Origin: Nemertoderma westbladi
Taxonomy: Eukaryota; Animalia; Xenacoelomorpha
Assembly (NCBI GenBank): GCA_032718475.1
Contig: JAUCBJ010008381.1
Coordinates: 6,157-70,156, forward strand
DNA length: 64,000 nucleotides
Reading direction: 5' to 3'
The notes below the pieces were generated by a model. That model was not told the DNA's origin. It did no database searches and saw nothing but the letters and a program-made list of their open reading frames with translations. Shown here in pieces: positions 36,029 through 49,369 of this stretch (the stretch's first letter is position 1; each line of letters begins with the position of its first letter). Position numbers and translations under genes: made by a program.

Positions 36029-36664
36029 TATATATATATGTGATACAAAAAATATCTAATTACACCATGACCCGTAATATAGTGTCATTTTCTGATGACA
36101 TGGACCCCCCCCCCCCCCAAATTTTTCTACAAATCTTTATCATATTGTTTGAAATTTGAAACACAATTAGTTCAACTCACCGTGGTTGTTACCATGAAGC
36201 CGGAATTTTCGATTTCGCCTTCAAATTTTATTTATAAGCGTTTTAAAAAAGTGTCTTTTGCGAAATCGCACCCTCTGTATCATTGCCATTCTTCACTTTA
36301 GTCGTAATTTTTCACATCAATAGAAAGCTTGCGTTCAAAGGATTCCAAATATGTAGCAATATCTGAATTTCGTTGAGAAACAGCTGAGAAATAGGCATTC
36401 AAAGATTGCAAGAATTATTGTTCACTGCAGGCCATTTATTCTATTTAATAAATACACAATATTCTAGAACGAGTTATTTATTTTATGAGTTGGTAGGCAA
36501 CAGCGGTATGCCTATACAATATCTATGTTCGCGCTTTTAGACCTTTAGCAGTTTAACCTGCCAAATTTAGGTGTCTTCTAGGTTATAAATCGACTTTAGC
36601 CTATAACAAGTATTTGATACACATAAAGTTACATTAGCCGAAGCCAGCCTATGCGCGATCATTC

Positions 36665-39061
36665 TACTACTACTACTACTACTACTAGGATCGGCATGCT
36701 GCATTGCAGCTGCATTTTTAAGAATGCTGTGCCGGCTTGTCAACAAAATTGCACCGCCACAACTCCCTATCACCCATGACATTTGCTAGATCATCCGCAT
36801 CTTTAAGGCCAGTGTCCTTTAAGATGCGTCTCAAGAAAGTCATGGGCTGTCCACCATGCTTATTCACTCCATGAGGCTGCCAAAGTACAAGATTATGCAC
36901 TGGCTGGTCCTCACGGCGAAAGCAATGTCCTGCAAAGCGGAGGCGATTTTGTTCTAGTGTCAAGCTTGGGGGAACCAATGAGACACCTCCAATGTTATAT
37001 AGTGTCTGGTTGGAGATGTGTGCATTGTACTTGACACAATGAACCCGGCGTAGCATTCTTGTGAATGTGCCATCCAGAGATTTGGTGTCCTCAGCAGTTA
37101 GAGCCCAGCATGGACTCCCGTAGAGGAGTACTGGAACTACTGCTGCTCTAAATAATCGGACCTTAAGTTTCCGATTAATTCTCGGTGACTTCCAAATCCT
37201 GGAAAGCCTATTCAAGGCTGCCCATGCCTTTCCCTTACGTATTCGAAGGTCCTCACCTGACTTCCGGATCCATGATCCCAGGTAACAGAAGTCGTCCACA
37301 TGCTCAAGCATACCATCCTTTGAGCTTATGCTCATCCTATCAGAGACTTGCTGAGGACTTTCAAAGTTAACTGTCAGAATTTTGGTCTTTCTGGAGTTAA
37401 TAAAAAGACCAACACTAGAAGCAGCATGTTCTAATGAGCTGAGGAGCCGTTGGGCTCCCTCTAATGATTCTGAGAGTACTCCTAAGTCATCAGCAAAGTC
37501 TAGATCAGTTAGGTACTTGGCAGGATTTCCTCGACTTCTGGAGCCAGTAGGTGGAGTTATCATCACCCCATCATCATTATAATGATCTAAGGACATGCGT
37601 AGAACATAGTCAACCACAATAATGAACAAGAATGGTGCAAGTGTGTCTCCTTGGAGGACGCCCCATAACACTTCAAATGGTTCTGTGTCACCATCAACAG
37701 TAGACACAAATGTTGTCGAACCATCGTATACTGATCTGATTGCTGCAATAATTTCATCAGGAATCCCATATAATGAAAGTATGGTGAACATACGTGAGCG
37801 AGAGACTGAATCAAAGGCCTTGAAGAAGTCAACAAAGATAACAGCCAGATGCCTGTCTTTCTTTTTTGATAACTCTTCAATTATCCTTCTAAGTGCCAAA
37901 ATGGGCTCCATGGTCCCACGACCTTTACGGAACCCATTCTGATTTCCACGGAGCAGTCTCTCAATGGGATCCCTGATGCGATTTAATAGAATCCTATTGT
38001 ATAGCTTTGCAGCAATCGAGATCAATGAGATTCCCCGAAAAGAACCATAGAGTGTTAGGTTGCCCTTCTTGGGAACTGGCACCAACTTATTTGTTTTCAT
38101 TTCTTGTGGGACTCTTGTTGTTCGGTACATGTCTACTATGATGGGATAGATGAGCTTTAAACACTCAGGTATTTTAAAGACCTCAGGGGGAACACCATCT
38201 ACTCCACTGGCACGATTGGTCTTAATGCTCTTTGCAGCAGCCTTCACTTCTGCAAAGGAGATATCGCCAATGGGAATATCTGGGAGTACAGACTCAGACA
38301 CTTTTACTTCTATAAAGTTATCAGGCAATACCCTGTCATTATTGAGGAGCTTTTCAAAGTGGGCTTTCCAACCATTGAGGCGATCGGCTGGTGATTCAGC
38401 CTTAACCTTGGTGGTTGGTTGGCTTTTCCGCCCAGTAAGCAGATTGATCGATTTCCATGCCTGGGATGATTGCCTGCTGTCGTCAGCATCATTGATGGCA
38501 TCAACCTGTTGGTTTATTAGCTCCTGTAGATTAGCAGAGTACTGCCTGTTCAGGGACCTAGAAGCAGCCTTAACTGCATTCTTGGCCGCTGTAGTCTGTT
38601 TGAGTCGGGACTCTTTCTGCGCCTTATGAAGGTCATTTCGGCACTTCTGAATTTTGTTGTCAGTCCAGGGGGCCCTTTTCTTGTTTCGAGGGTATACAGG
38701 AACTGTTTCTGCAGCTGCTAACTTAACTGCTTCTGTAAAGGCAGTATAGCCCTCACAGTGATCTGCCGCCTCAGAGGCAAGAGCCTCATACCTGTTGCTC
38801 AGCTGTAGTGTGAAGCTGGATCTCACACTTGGCTGTTGCAACAGAGAGGACCAGTCATGCCGCGGCAAGGCAGATTTCGTTGTTCTGCTAGCACGCAGAC
38901 TAAGTCTTACCTTGGCCACAATAAGGCGGTGATCACTGGAGAAGGGTCGAAGTGTAAATGCATTACAGTCTTGTATAGAGCTCCTGTATTTCCTACGAAA
39001 CAGAATATGGTCTATCTGGGACTTGTGACCACTGGGTCCACTATGACTGACCTGTCCTGAC
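36665..39061 (-). mobile_element. 5'-truncated RTE-clade LINE inserted in the 3' LTR of BEL element 2
   Basis: 11-bp TSD CGCGATCATTC (36654-36664, 39062-39072); very short 3' UTR with (TAG)n tail. Confidence 0.95.
36718..39045 (-). CDS. RTE ORF: end of APE endonuclease plus reverse transcriptase (uninterrupted)
   Basis: Frame extends above the 733-aa ORF (SQIDHIL...SSDHRL); RT motifs PKKG, QNGFRKGR, FVDFFKAFDSV, GVLQGDTLAP, FADD, YLGS; no C-terminal zinc finger. Confidence 0.92.
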   Translation of the reverse strand, partial: HSGPSGHKSQIDHILFRRKYRSSIQDCNAFTLRPFSSDHRLIVAKVRLSLRASRTTKSALPRHDWSSLLQQPSVRSSFTLQLSNRYEALASEAADHCEGYTAFTEAVKLAAAETVPVYPRNKKRAPWTDNKIQKCRNDLHKAQKESRLKQTTAAKNAVKAASRSLNRQYSANLQELINQQVDAINDADDSRQSSQAWKSINLLTGRKSQPTTKVKAESPADRLNGWKAHFEKLLNNDRVLPDNFIEVKVSESVLPDIPIGDISFAEVKAAAKSIKTNRASGVDGVPPEVFKIPECLKLIYPIIVDMYRTTRVPQEMKTNKLVPVPKKGNLTLYGSFRGISLISIAAKLYNRILLNRIRDPIERLLRGNQNGFRKGRGTMEPILALRRIIEELSKKKDRHLAVIFVDFFKAFDSVSRSRMFTILSLYGIPDEIIAAIRSVYDGSTTFVSTVDGDTEPFEVLWGVLQGDTLAPFLFIIVVDYVLRMSLDHYNDDGVMITPPTGSRSRGNPAKYLTDLDFADDLGVLSESLEGAQRLLSSLEHAASSVGLFINSRKTKILTVNFESPQQVSDRMSISSKDGMLEHVDDFCYLGSWIRKSGEDLRIRKGKAWAALNRLSRIWKSPRINRKLKVRLFRAAVVPVLLYGSPCWALTAEDTKSLDGTFTRMLRRVHCVKYNAHISNQTLYNIGGVSLVPPSLTLEQNRLRFAGHCFRREDQPVHNLVLWQPHGVNKHGGQPMTFLRRILKDTGLKDADDLANVMGDRELWRCNFVDKPAQHS

Positions 39062-40128
39062 CGCGATCATTCACCCACGGTTAAGGGAGACTGGATTCGG
39101 ATGCTCTGGCCTTATTGCGGTGTAGGCCTACTGTACTATTCGATTGATCGTTAATATATAATCTCTGACAAATATTATTCACTTTCGGGAAATATTAACA
39201 GTTCCTTTAGGACGTGGCGCTCTAAGTATGTAAACAGAGTTATGACTTACACTAAACACAACGGGATGGCTAATGATTTTCGTATAAAGCGCATTCTTTA
39301 GGAAATGCTTTGTTACCTGTCACACTCATGCACACTACCTCACACTGCTGCATACTGATCTGGCGACCTTCACTAAATTTGATCATATATAAGGAGAACA
39401 GCAACTGACACATGTAGGGCCTATGAAATAGCATTCAATTCACTCCAAAACCACTATAATGTAAGTCGCAATTGCTATATGTAACCGGTCTCTCTAACCT
39501 TCAGTATATCAAGAAGATTGGGGTTTTACGATTATTTATCGATATTCTCCCAATATAACAACATTCCATCAACTGATAACAATTAATAACCGACAGTAAA
39601 TAGCAGTAAAATAATGCGGTGAAAAGTAAGGTGAGTCTGGTATGCCAGGATAACAGTTATACGTTTCTATAATCAAAGCCATTCTAATGTTTGGCTAAAG
39701 TCTGAAACACAGAATAATTCCAAAGCCGATGTTCTGGGCTCAGGAAAAGGGAAAACAAAGACCACAATGCATTGCGCGATTTCCCGGAGGCTTCTGTGCA
39801 AATAAAATGAAAATCGCTCTGATTGGTCGAGTGAGTGAGCCTGAACAAAGAAAGCCAAAAGCTCCACGTCGACATATCAGCTGGTAGATGTCCTCATCTG
39901 AACTACACTGTATTAAGAGTATTTTGGCGTATTGCGGCATAAAATGGCTTGTTATGTCCGCTAAAGTACACATACAGAAAAATGGCTTTTTATGTCCACT
40001 AAAACACTTACACAGTAAGAAAACGGCTTTTTATGTCCGCTAAAACACCTACAGAGTACTTTGCGGGGAAAATGACTAGTTATATCCGCAAAAGCCTTTA
40101 CACCGCTCCTAGAAAATGGGATTTAATT

Positions 40129-41297
40129 CTATAAAATATAAAAAATCACAGTTTCTAAAATATAAAAATACTCTAAACAGTTAGTCTTTCTTGCGCGGAC
40201 GGCGTTTACGCAGTTTTTTGAGGCTAGCAAGAGTCCTTTTCTCTTTGGGGCGAGCCACTTTACTAGGAGGGCTATAACTCCTGGGTGAAGGGTGCAATAC
40301 AATTGCATCGGAAGGTTTGGGATTACGGTCGGTGTATCCGCCGGTCGAGGTACCCGTTGATCGGTATTAACCTCAGTGGAACGAGGTCGAATAACCTTGA
40401 GAGCGCGTTTTAAGACAGCAGCTCTTACTGGTCCCTGACGGATCGTTTGCATGAGAGCGGTAGGTGGACCGTGTGTAGTGAGAAATTTCCGCGGTTTGAT
40501 GATTCTTTCCAACTCGCGTTCTCAGGCTCTATCGGGATCGATATGCTTCTCCTCGAACTGATTTTCCTCCGCTTGTCGTTGAAAGCATTCGTCCAAAACT
40601 CTTGCAGAAAGTAGAGTCGTCCAAGTTCGATATCTTCTTAGAGATTCTGGATTTCCTGATTGAACTGAGATAAAGCTAATTCGTTTACCGCTTGGACTTG
40701 CTGCTGCAATTTACGTTTCTCTAAACAATTGTAGGTTCCTTTTCCAATCTTTTGATGAATAGTGTCCAACGCGTTTAGTACAACTCTCTCCTCCACCTCG
40801 GTGACAGGTTATATTGGGTTAAACCGGGACGATGATACGGTTGAATGGCGATATTAGATGTCCGCGTCCCAATCCGACTAGGTAAGATGGGCGAATATTT
40901 AGGGAGCCCACAACCGGAGTGCCACCGACTAATTGTTCGGGTAACACTAGATCTTTGAACAGTGAGTACAGTTCGGGAGGGTCTGTGATACTATTAGGAT
41001 CAAGAGTCTGAGGTCTCACTAGGGAGTGAGGAGGTCTGACCGAGTATTCCAGAACTCTGATCATAGGTTTATTTAAGGATCGTTTGAGTTGAGCGAGCAT
41101 AGGTGATACATCGAACAAGTTTCGCTCGAAACTCCCGTAAATATAGCGAGTAAAACTGTGTTTAGAGCAACGTCTCCGCGGATGTTTATGACTTCCCGTT
41201 TGTTGGTTGGATCTTGGGCATTTATCGCAATAATACCAAAGATGCACGTCTTGTAGGGGAAACGCTGGTGATCTTTCTTCAGTTTTACAATGTGCAA
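40129..41297 (-). pseudogene. Degenerate accessory ORF region of BEL element 2
   Basis: ERIIKPRKFLTTHGPP...GPVRAAVLKRALK matches the element 1 accessory ORF; 40819-41247 has another Cys/His cluster (CDKC...H...C); frameshifted. Confidence 0.6.
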
Positions 41298-41308
41298 TTG
41301 TGCATGTT

Positions 41309-44300
41309 TTACAATTTACAATGTTCTACCGATCGCACCAAACCATGATCCGAGATATGAGTCTCGATGATACGACCTGTCTGCCACCGCTTACGTGGAA
41401 GATCTGAATCCACAATAAGGACCATGTCTCCGGCGCTGACGTTTTCTTGCTGCGCAAACCACTTAGTTCGAAGTTGTAGTGTAGGCAGATAATGTTTTTC
41501 GAAATGGTCAGCGAAACGACGGGAAAACAACTGCATAAGTTGCCAAGTTTGCCGGCAGTATTCGTCTCCATCCGTGATTTCCGATCGTGGGAGCATGGCT
41601 ACAGGTTTCTTCAGTAGGAAGTGCGCGGGTGTTAGCGCTTCCAGGGAATCGGGACTCGATGAGACTGGCATAAGCGGTCTCTCGTTGAGATAGGTGGCGA
41701 TTTCCTCCATTAACGTTCGCAAAAGTTTGTCGGTGAGATACGCGCGGTACGGCACTATAAAGTGAAATGCGGTCTTCACGCTTCTGATTAATCTCTCCCA
41801 ACTTCCTCCCCACCACGGGGCGTCGGCGGCGTTGAAGGTCCAGCTAGACGCTGTTACCCTTAGCTGACGTCCACCTGTCTTTGGTTCCAATCTTTGACGT
41901 AAGCCTTGATTTCATTGTTGGCACCAATGAAGTTCGTTCCCTTATCAGATATCATCGTGTTACTAGTTCCAAAGCGAGCGATCTGTTGGCGTAAGCTCAA
42001 TATGAAGCTATTGGTAGATAAATCGTTCACCATATCGAGATGGATAGCTCTACAAGTCAGACAGACAAAGATGACACACCATCTCTTAACTATAGTCCTA
42101 GCACGATATACTTCAATAGGGCCAAATAAATCCACACCGGTATTAGTAAAGGGTGGTTCATAGAAGCTTACTCGTTCCCTAGGTAATTCTGCCTCTCGCT
42201 GTGTTAAAGGCCTACTGAACGCTTTCCTACAGGGTATACAGTTCCTAAGAACTTGGTTCAGAGCTCTACGGGGTTTATGAAAATAATAGCGAGTTCGAAT
42301 TTCGCTAAGAACTCGTTCTCTACCAGCATGATAAAGCTTACTGTGAACATCTACAATCATCTTGATTTGTATTTCAAGATTTCTAATGAGTATGGGAAAC
42401 TTAGTGTCAAAGGATAATGGAGCATTAGTTAGTCTTCCTCCAACGCGTATTAACCCATCTATCATTGTGCTAGAGAAACGATCCCTTAAGCGCATCTGTG
42501 GATTTCTCAACAACAGGAAATACTTATCGGAATCTTCATAGCATTGCAGGAGTCTCAGTATCTGCTTATTGGTTTCTTCATGCTCCTGGTAACTGATTTT
42601 CTCCTTCAGAAATCTGTCCGATGTCTTGTATTTGGGAAGATCTCTAACAACATGGACCTGCGCAGATGTCAGTGGAGCGGTATCACTAGTGGTCTTCGTC
42701 CTGGAGTAGTGATGATGAAAACATCGCTTTAAATATGTAACGGCCTTACAGAGCCGATTCCAGGAACTATAGTGACGTATCGCTCTCTGCAGGAGAGGTG
42801 AGAGTCCTTGCGAGACGTCTGGTGTTCCAGATTTCCAATCTCTCTCTCTGATTTCCACAACAGACTTATTTGTGGCTGGGGGTTTCGGATCCAAAGCGTC
42901 GTCTCGGGAAGTGCATAGTACCGACAGATCTATCACGGGTTTAAATAACTTCGATTTACTCGCCCGGGTTTTAGGTTTGACTTTCTCCGCTCCCTTGGCT
43001 TGTCTAATCTCCGCCGTAGTAAGATGAGGAGGCCATTCATCCTCTTCTTTGCTTAGGAAGTCGGGTCCACCTAACCAGTCTGGAGTATCTATCAGTTCCT
43101 GTGGAGTTGCTCCCCTGGAGGCGATATCGGCTGGATTAATCGTCCCGGGGCAATGTCTCCATTGATCTATCTTCGTCTGACTAAGTATAATGGCTAATCT
43201 GTTGGTAACGAAGACGCTGAACTGACAGACTTCATTGGTTATATACTCCAACACGAGTAAAGCATCGGTCCAATAGACAGTTTTCTCCAGTGGATAGTCG
43301 ATCTGTTCTGTTACATTCCGGCTGATGGCTGTAGCGTATAGAGCCGCTTTTAACTCCGCTCGAGGAACTTTCAACTTGTTGTTTATCAATGCCTTAGAGG
43401 TAACCAAGGCGACCTTGATTCCATCCGGAGTTTCAACTCTCAGGTAGGCTACTATACCTATTCCCATATCGCTGGCGTCTCCAAACACATGGAGTTGATA
43501 GGAATACGCAGGGAGAACATGACCAAAATATGAACGGGAGATTAGAAAGTTCTCGATGGATGGTAGAGAATCCTCCCATTTCATCCACTTCTTTAATAGT
43601 TCTCCCTTAAGTGGATCGTCCCATGAGTGGTTTTCAAGCCACATTTGTTGTACTAAACTCCGAGCAATCAATATAACTGGGCTAATAAATCCCAATGGAT
43701 CGAAATAAGTGCTCAGGATACTTAGACAAATTCGTTTAGTCCGAACTGGATTATCTCGCTGTTTTAGCTGGAAAAACAGGATATCTCTCTCCGTGTCCCA
43801 TTTCAAACCAAGTGTATTGGTTTCTGGAAGATCGTCCTTGATTAGGTCTAGATCTTTAACTCCTCGGTCTTCTACCGGGATCGATTCCAGAAACTCACGG
43901 GAGTTGCTGGTGAATTTAGTTAATCGAAATCCACCTCTTTTCAAGCACTCTACCATTCCTTTGGCGACATCAATGGCTTCTTCCACCGATGGGAGGGACT
44001 TTAAATTGTCGTCCATGTATATATCCCGTTTGATGTTGTCGATAACCTCTTTGGAGAAGGCGTCCCGGTTGTCATCAGCAGTGGTGCGCACTACTGAGCA
44101 GGCGTTTGAAGGGCTCGAGATGATCCCAAAAGCCTGGATGGTCATCCAGTACTCCACCGGTTTCTGGTTGAGGTCTCCTTCAGGCCACCACAGAAATCGT
44201 AGGCTGTCACGATCTCTATCCAGCGCCTTAACTTGTAAGAACATGCCTTCTATATCGGAGGTGAAAGCGATTGAATATTGTCGTAATCTTAAGAGTATTC

Positions 44301-45396
44301 CCAACAAGGATTGGAGTAAGTTGGGTCCTGTCAACAACTCGGAGTTAAGGGATTGGCCCATGTAGAGGGCGGAGCCGTCAAATACTACCCGGACTTCGTT
44401 GGGTTTACCGGGTTTGGGAACGTAATGATGTGTTAAATAGTACGTTCTCTCAGTTATGGGTGTTCCTTCCGGTACTCGCTCCGCATATCCCTTGTCAATG
44501 AATTTCTTCAGCTGGGTCTTGTACATCTCCTTAGCTGAAGCATTTGCCGTAAGGCGTCGATGCAGTTGCGCAATTCTCTTCTCCGCCAAGGGTCGGTTGT
44601 TTATAATATTGGGTTCTCGCCGTCGGAAAGGCAGACCAATCTCATATCTACCTTGATCTTTAAGAAAACGTGTAGTTGTTTCCTGTATCTGCTTGGCTCT
44701 TTCTTCTTCTACCGATAGGGCCTTATCGTAGGAATTGGGCTCTACAGCCTCCTGAGTAAAGAATCGTATGGCGTGTTCATCACGAGTCTTCGCGTTGTAG
44801 CGATCTATCACTTCATTCAGTTCGTCGTTGTAATCGACTTGTTCCGCTGGATGAATGCGGTGAAATAGGTTCACTTGGTTTTGCCAAGTTTCATTTTCCG
44901 TAAGGAGGTCGATGGTATTCTCCTCGTCGAATAGTTGGTGGATATCGTCATTATCTGAGGAGTATGGTGTTCCCTCCGGTGGGTCATCTCCCTCACTGCT
45001 CTCCTCTTCCCATTCACTCACCTGGTAGACTCGTTCTTTGGGTAGCCTTTCCATAAGAGTTCTACGGGAAGGTCCAGTAAAGTACCAACCTACTCTATTT
45101 CTTCCCGCATAGGTTTGTAGTGGTTGCGGTTGAGCAGGCCGTTTCTCCAATGTCTCAAGCGCCTCATGCGCATTTTGGCCGATGAGTATTTGCACTCCAG
45201 GGTAGTCTGTGTTGAATCTAGGTATCTCATGCTGTTTGGTGAAGTCGTCCTCATCCCAGTTATAAGGTTCCACTTGGCTGGTAGCGAAGTTCTTTATCGC
45301 CACCATTTTTACTGACCTTATACTGTGTTCTCCTAGTTCATCCTGGGGGTGGACAACGCGCCTACATAATAGTCTGTAGTTACTGTAGATTTCCAA
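41309..45396 (-). pseudogene. pol: BEL element 2 pol (protease end, RT, RNase H, integrase), frameshift near 41875
   Basis: DIEGMF, YMDD, FDPLG, VFGDAS, RAELKA, WTDA, NPAD, HHCC, GVDLFGP, SDKGTNF, GGSWER, GDMVLI. Confidence 0.95.
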
Positions 45397-48300
45397 ACCT
45401 GCATAATTCCTGACATGTTCAACTTAGTTCGGAACTTGGGTTGTCCAGCAAAGATATCTTCGGCTAGTTCTTTGTCGATGAATGTTCCTGTGCTGCCGGA
45501 GTCAAGGAGGGCATTCACTATATAACTCTTTACTGACCCGTGGACTCTCAACTGCACTACGGGAAATTCTCGGATTCCTACGTTGGAAGTTGGTGCTTTC
45601 CAAGATGGTTGTCGGTCAGGAGTAGTTAGGGGGAACTCACTATCGGTTTCCTTTTCATACGTAAGTGCTCGATACACTGCGGTATTTATTAGGTAACAAG
45701 ATTCGTTTTCGTCGGAGAATTCATCCGTATAGAATCCTTCCATCTCAGAACTTTGGCCAGTGTCGTTCACATCACTGAATTGGACATGTAGTTCGGGCTC
45801 ACTTACCTGACTCGGGCTGTTTCTTTCGAATTCAGTGTGCAACAAGATATGATGTTTCGCGCCGCACTTAGCACACCTTGCGTCGGAGTACCAGGTTCGC
45901 CGTTGGTGTCCTTGTCTGAGGCAATTATAACGCAACCGCTTATTCCACATGACTTCACATCTATCTATTAGGGATTTCCTCAGGAATTCATCACACGCAC
46001 TTAAACGGTGGGGCCCGTCGCACAGCACACATTTTGGTTTGATGTTACTTACCTTACTTTGGGTAACGTTGTGCACACTCGTTCTTTCCTCGGGCTTTCT
46101 TCCATGAATTATCTTAGGAGATGTAGGAGGAGTTTTTCTTACCTGTTCTCTCCTGTCATTGGTTCGAGACTTAAATTTACTTACGTCTTTAGGCACTTTG
46201 TTGACATAGTAAGCTCTTTCAGTGTCTTTCCCGCTGTCCTCCTCTTGAGAGGCCTGGCTTTCGCCGTCGTCTGTATAACACACTGGTGTTACCTTTCTCC
46301 TAGAAACGGGTTTCTCACTTACCTTATTTTCCGGTGTCTTCTCTCTGGACTGCTTTAGGAGCTGTACTTTTACCTCTCCATCTAAGAATGACATGAGATC
46401 AGCCATGGTAGGGTCTCGTCGTTGTTGTTCCATCATATATAACACTTTCTTATCCCAGCGTGTACCTACTCCACCCTTTGGTAAAGTAGATGCTACGGCT
46501 CCAATAACCATAGAACTCTGATATTCATGAGACTTACCTAGCCAATCTAATTGTCTACAGATCTCCTGAATCTCATCGGAAAACTCTATAATCCCGCTGC
46601 TAATGAACTTTCGGGGCGCTACCAATTTCGCATACAAATACCTAGCTATGTTATTCCTATTACCATACCTGATGTTTAGTGTATTCCAAACTTGTCTTAA
46701 TCCATCTGGATGTCCAATAAACTTTAACGCCATTAACTTGGGAGATCCTTCCAAGCACTCGATGAGGAATCTAAGTTTCTCTCCGTTAGATAGCACAGAG
46801 TTCTGTATGTTATCTTTATAATATTCATTAAAAGGTAACCATTTCATCTCATCTCCATTGAACTTGACGATCTCTCCCACCTTTACCGCTTGACGGGCTT
46901 CGGTTCTAGCCATTTGACGCATAAAACTTTCTTGGGCCATCGTGTTATTTAATATCGAGTTATCGGTATATAAATTTCTCGGATTATGATCAGGTCTATA
47001 TGGAATATCATTGTCAACAGGTTTATAATTACCCTTAATAGGGTTTACTATAGGAGTTTCTACTTCACTAGCAGTATAGATGCGTGTAGGCTCCACACCT
47101 TGCGCATGAAATACTTCAGACCTAACAGGTTGACACATTGTTACAGGGGGTGGTGGTATACCCTTTTGTATATTTACTAATTTATCGCGTTCTAACGCAA
47201 TATTCTGCTGCACTTCTTGCAACTCTAACCTACTTTCCCTTACTGTTCCCTTGAACTGTTGAACAGTCTCCTGCATCTGCCCGAGCAGGAGATTCATCCC
47301 CCGCCGCCCCTCATCCACCCACTCGACCGCCGAAGCGAGAGCCGCCAACATAGGAGCGGGTAGACGAGGGACAACGGGCGACAAATCGTTGATATCTCGC
47401 TCGGAGTCCAGGACATGAACATTTTCAGGGATGGTTCTGTGGGGCACAGGTAGCTTAGTGCTGTGCAGAGGGAATTTAGAGGTAAGTTCTGGGAGTACAG
47501 GTGTCTCTATCACCAAAGGGGTGGCGTCGAGAACAGGCCTAATTATTTCAGGCTCATCTACTATAGTAGGGAGTCTTTCTATTTTAATTATTTGGTCTGT
47601 GTGTTCTGTACTACCTAAGTCTGGGTTAGTTAGTTGCCTTCTAACAGCTGGGGGCAAATCAGGCAATTTCTGATGGTGGGACATTCTTCTACGTCTGCTT
47701 AGACGAGATCTATTTCCTCCGCCTTCAAGATCGGTGGTATCGCCTTCCTCAGATGATGTATATCCCTGTCGCTTGGGAGTAGATCGACTCATCATCTGCA
47801 TTTGACTAGCTGTTAACTGTTTATTTATGCAGTCTTGATTCTCCTGAATGTTTTCCAATTCTAGTTGGGTGGTTTCTTCAGACGCTCTCCGTTCTGCTTC
47901 TGCCACTGCTATCTTTCTTTCCGCCTCTGCCGCTTTTCTTTCCGCTTCTGCCGCTGCCACTGCCGCTTTTTTTTCCACTTCTGCCGCTTTTCTTTCCGCT
48001 TCTGCCGTTGCCACTGCCGCTTTTCTTTCCACTTCTGCCGCTTTTCTTTCCGCTTCTGCCGCTGCCTCTGCCGCCTTTCTTTCCACTTCTGCCGCTTTTC
48101 TTTCCGCTTCTGCCGCTGCCTCTGCCGCTTTTCTTTCCACTTCTGCCGCTTTTCTTTCCGCTTCTGCCGCTGCCACTGCTGTTGCTGCTGTCTTTCTGTC
48201 TTCTATACGTTTTTTCTTTACTTGTTCTTCTTGGACCCTAGCGATGCGGCTGCTTTCATCAAATTTAGCTTGGTTCGCAGCTAACATTTCCGCATCTATT

Positions 48301-49369
48301 GCGTCCAGCACAAACTTGGCTCCTTCACTATTAGGACGAAGTCCAGCCAGCCTTCTCATCAACTCTTCGTCACCTAGAAATCGTTGATAGTCTGACAGAT
48401 AGATGTCAATAGCGTCCTTCTACTGCGGTTTCTCTGCTGTCGCTTCGCTTTCCACTTGAGAAAGGTAGCGTCTGTTGATTCTCCGTGGGTTGAGCGCTCA
48501 GCCAGCTGAAATTTCCACTGGGCCGTTCCTTGACCCTTGAGACTCACCCGCTGGAACCAAGTCTTTACGGCAACTTGCAACGACGTGTCTTGTCTTCTTT
48601 TCGAAGCTTCCTCAAAGGCCGATAGGATTAGTCTGATTCTTAGAATTCTTTCTCGAACTTGATAAAGCAGCTCTCCCTGCTCTTGAGGTCCTTGGGGTTG
48701 TTGAAACAGTTGTTCCTCTAATCGCTCCAAAGAGCTGAAGAATCCCTGTACATATCCTGCTGCCGACCTCTTCCACACAGCTGGATCACTAGTGTCTTTT
48801 GTCACTCCCATCCTGTGTAAGTCTTCCCAGGCAGCTTCCGATAAGTTAAACGGGAGTCCGGGTCCGGGGAAATTCCATTGCGACTCGACAATAGACTTCA
48901 GTTCCTACCTTGTGTATCCCGCATAACTGTCCTTGGTCGATCGCTTACTTCTCGCCCAATCAATTTGGTGTTCCTCCACCGCAATCAATACCCTAGTGAG
49001 TACGGCTGCAGGAAGAATGAGAAGGGGATCCGAATAAACCGCATCTGCCATCTTTGCTCCGCGCTCGGGTGTCAGCTCTACAGTATCCGAACTACTGGAG
49101 CTATCGGGCCGCTGAGAAATAAGTTCTCGGCTCGAGTGTTGCTGCTGTTTAACAGCTGCTTCTTGGTCCCGCTTGACTTGAGTCCGAGTGCCTATGATAG
49201 ACCTACGGTGTTTGACTAGTCTAGGGTCTGATACTACTACTGGAGGGGTGATCTTTCTTACAGTAGGAGGTGAGTTGAACTTCGGTCTCAAACGTTCCAC
49301 ACTCCTATCTGGATCACAGATGGTTGTATCTAGGAGACTGTCTGACAGGTTTTGCTTTGTGTCAGACAT
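45333..49369 (-). pseudogene. gag: BEL element 2 gag-protease, in three frame pieces
   Basis: ORFs 48905-49369, 48374-48811 and 45333-48362 align to the element 1 Gag; ALLDSGS protease. Confidence 0.93.

Noticed and set aside
47848-48387. Plus-strand Ala/Phe/Cys/Leu-rich ORFs (also 27717-28070)
   Set aside because: Antisense shadows of the (AEAERK)n gag repeat.
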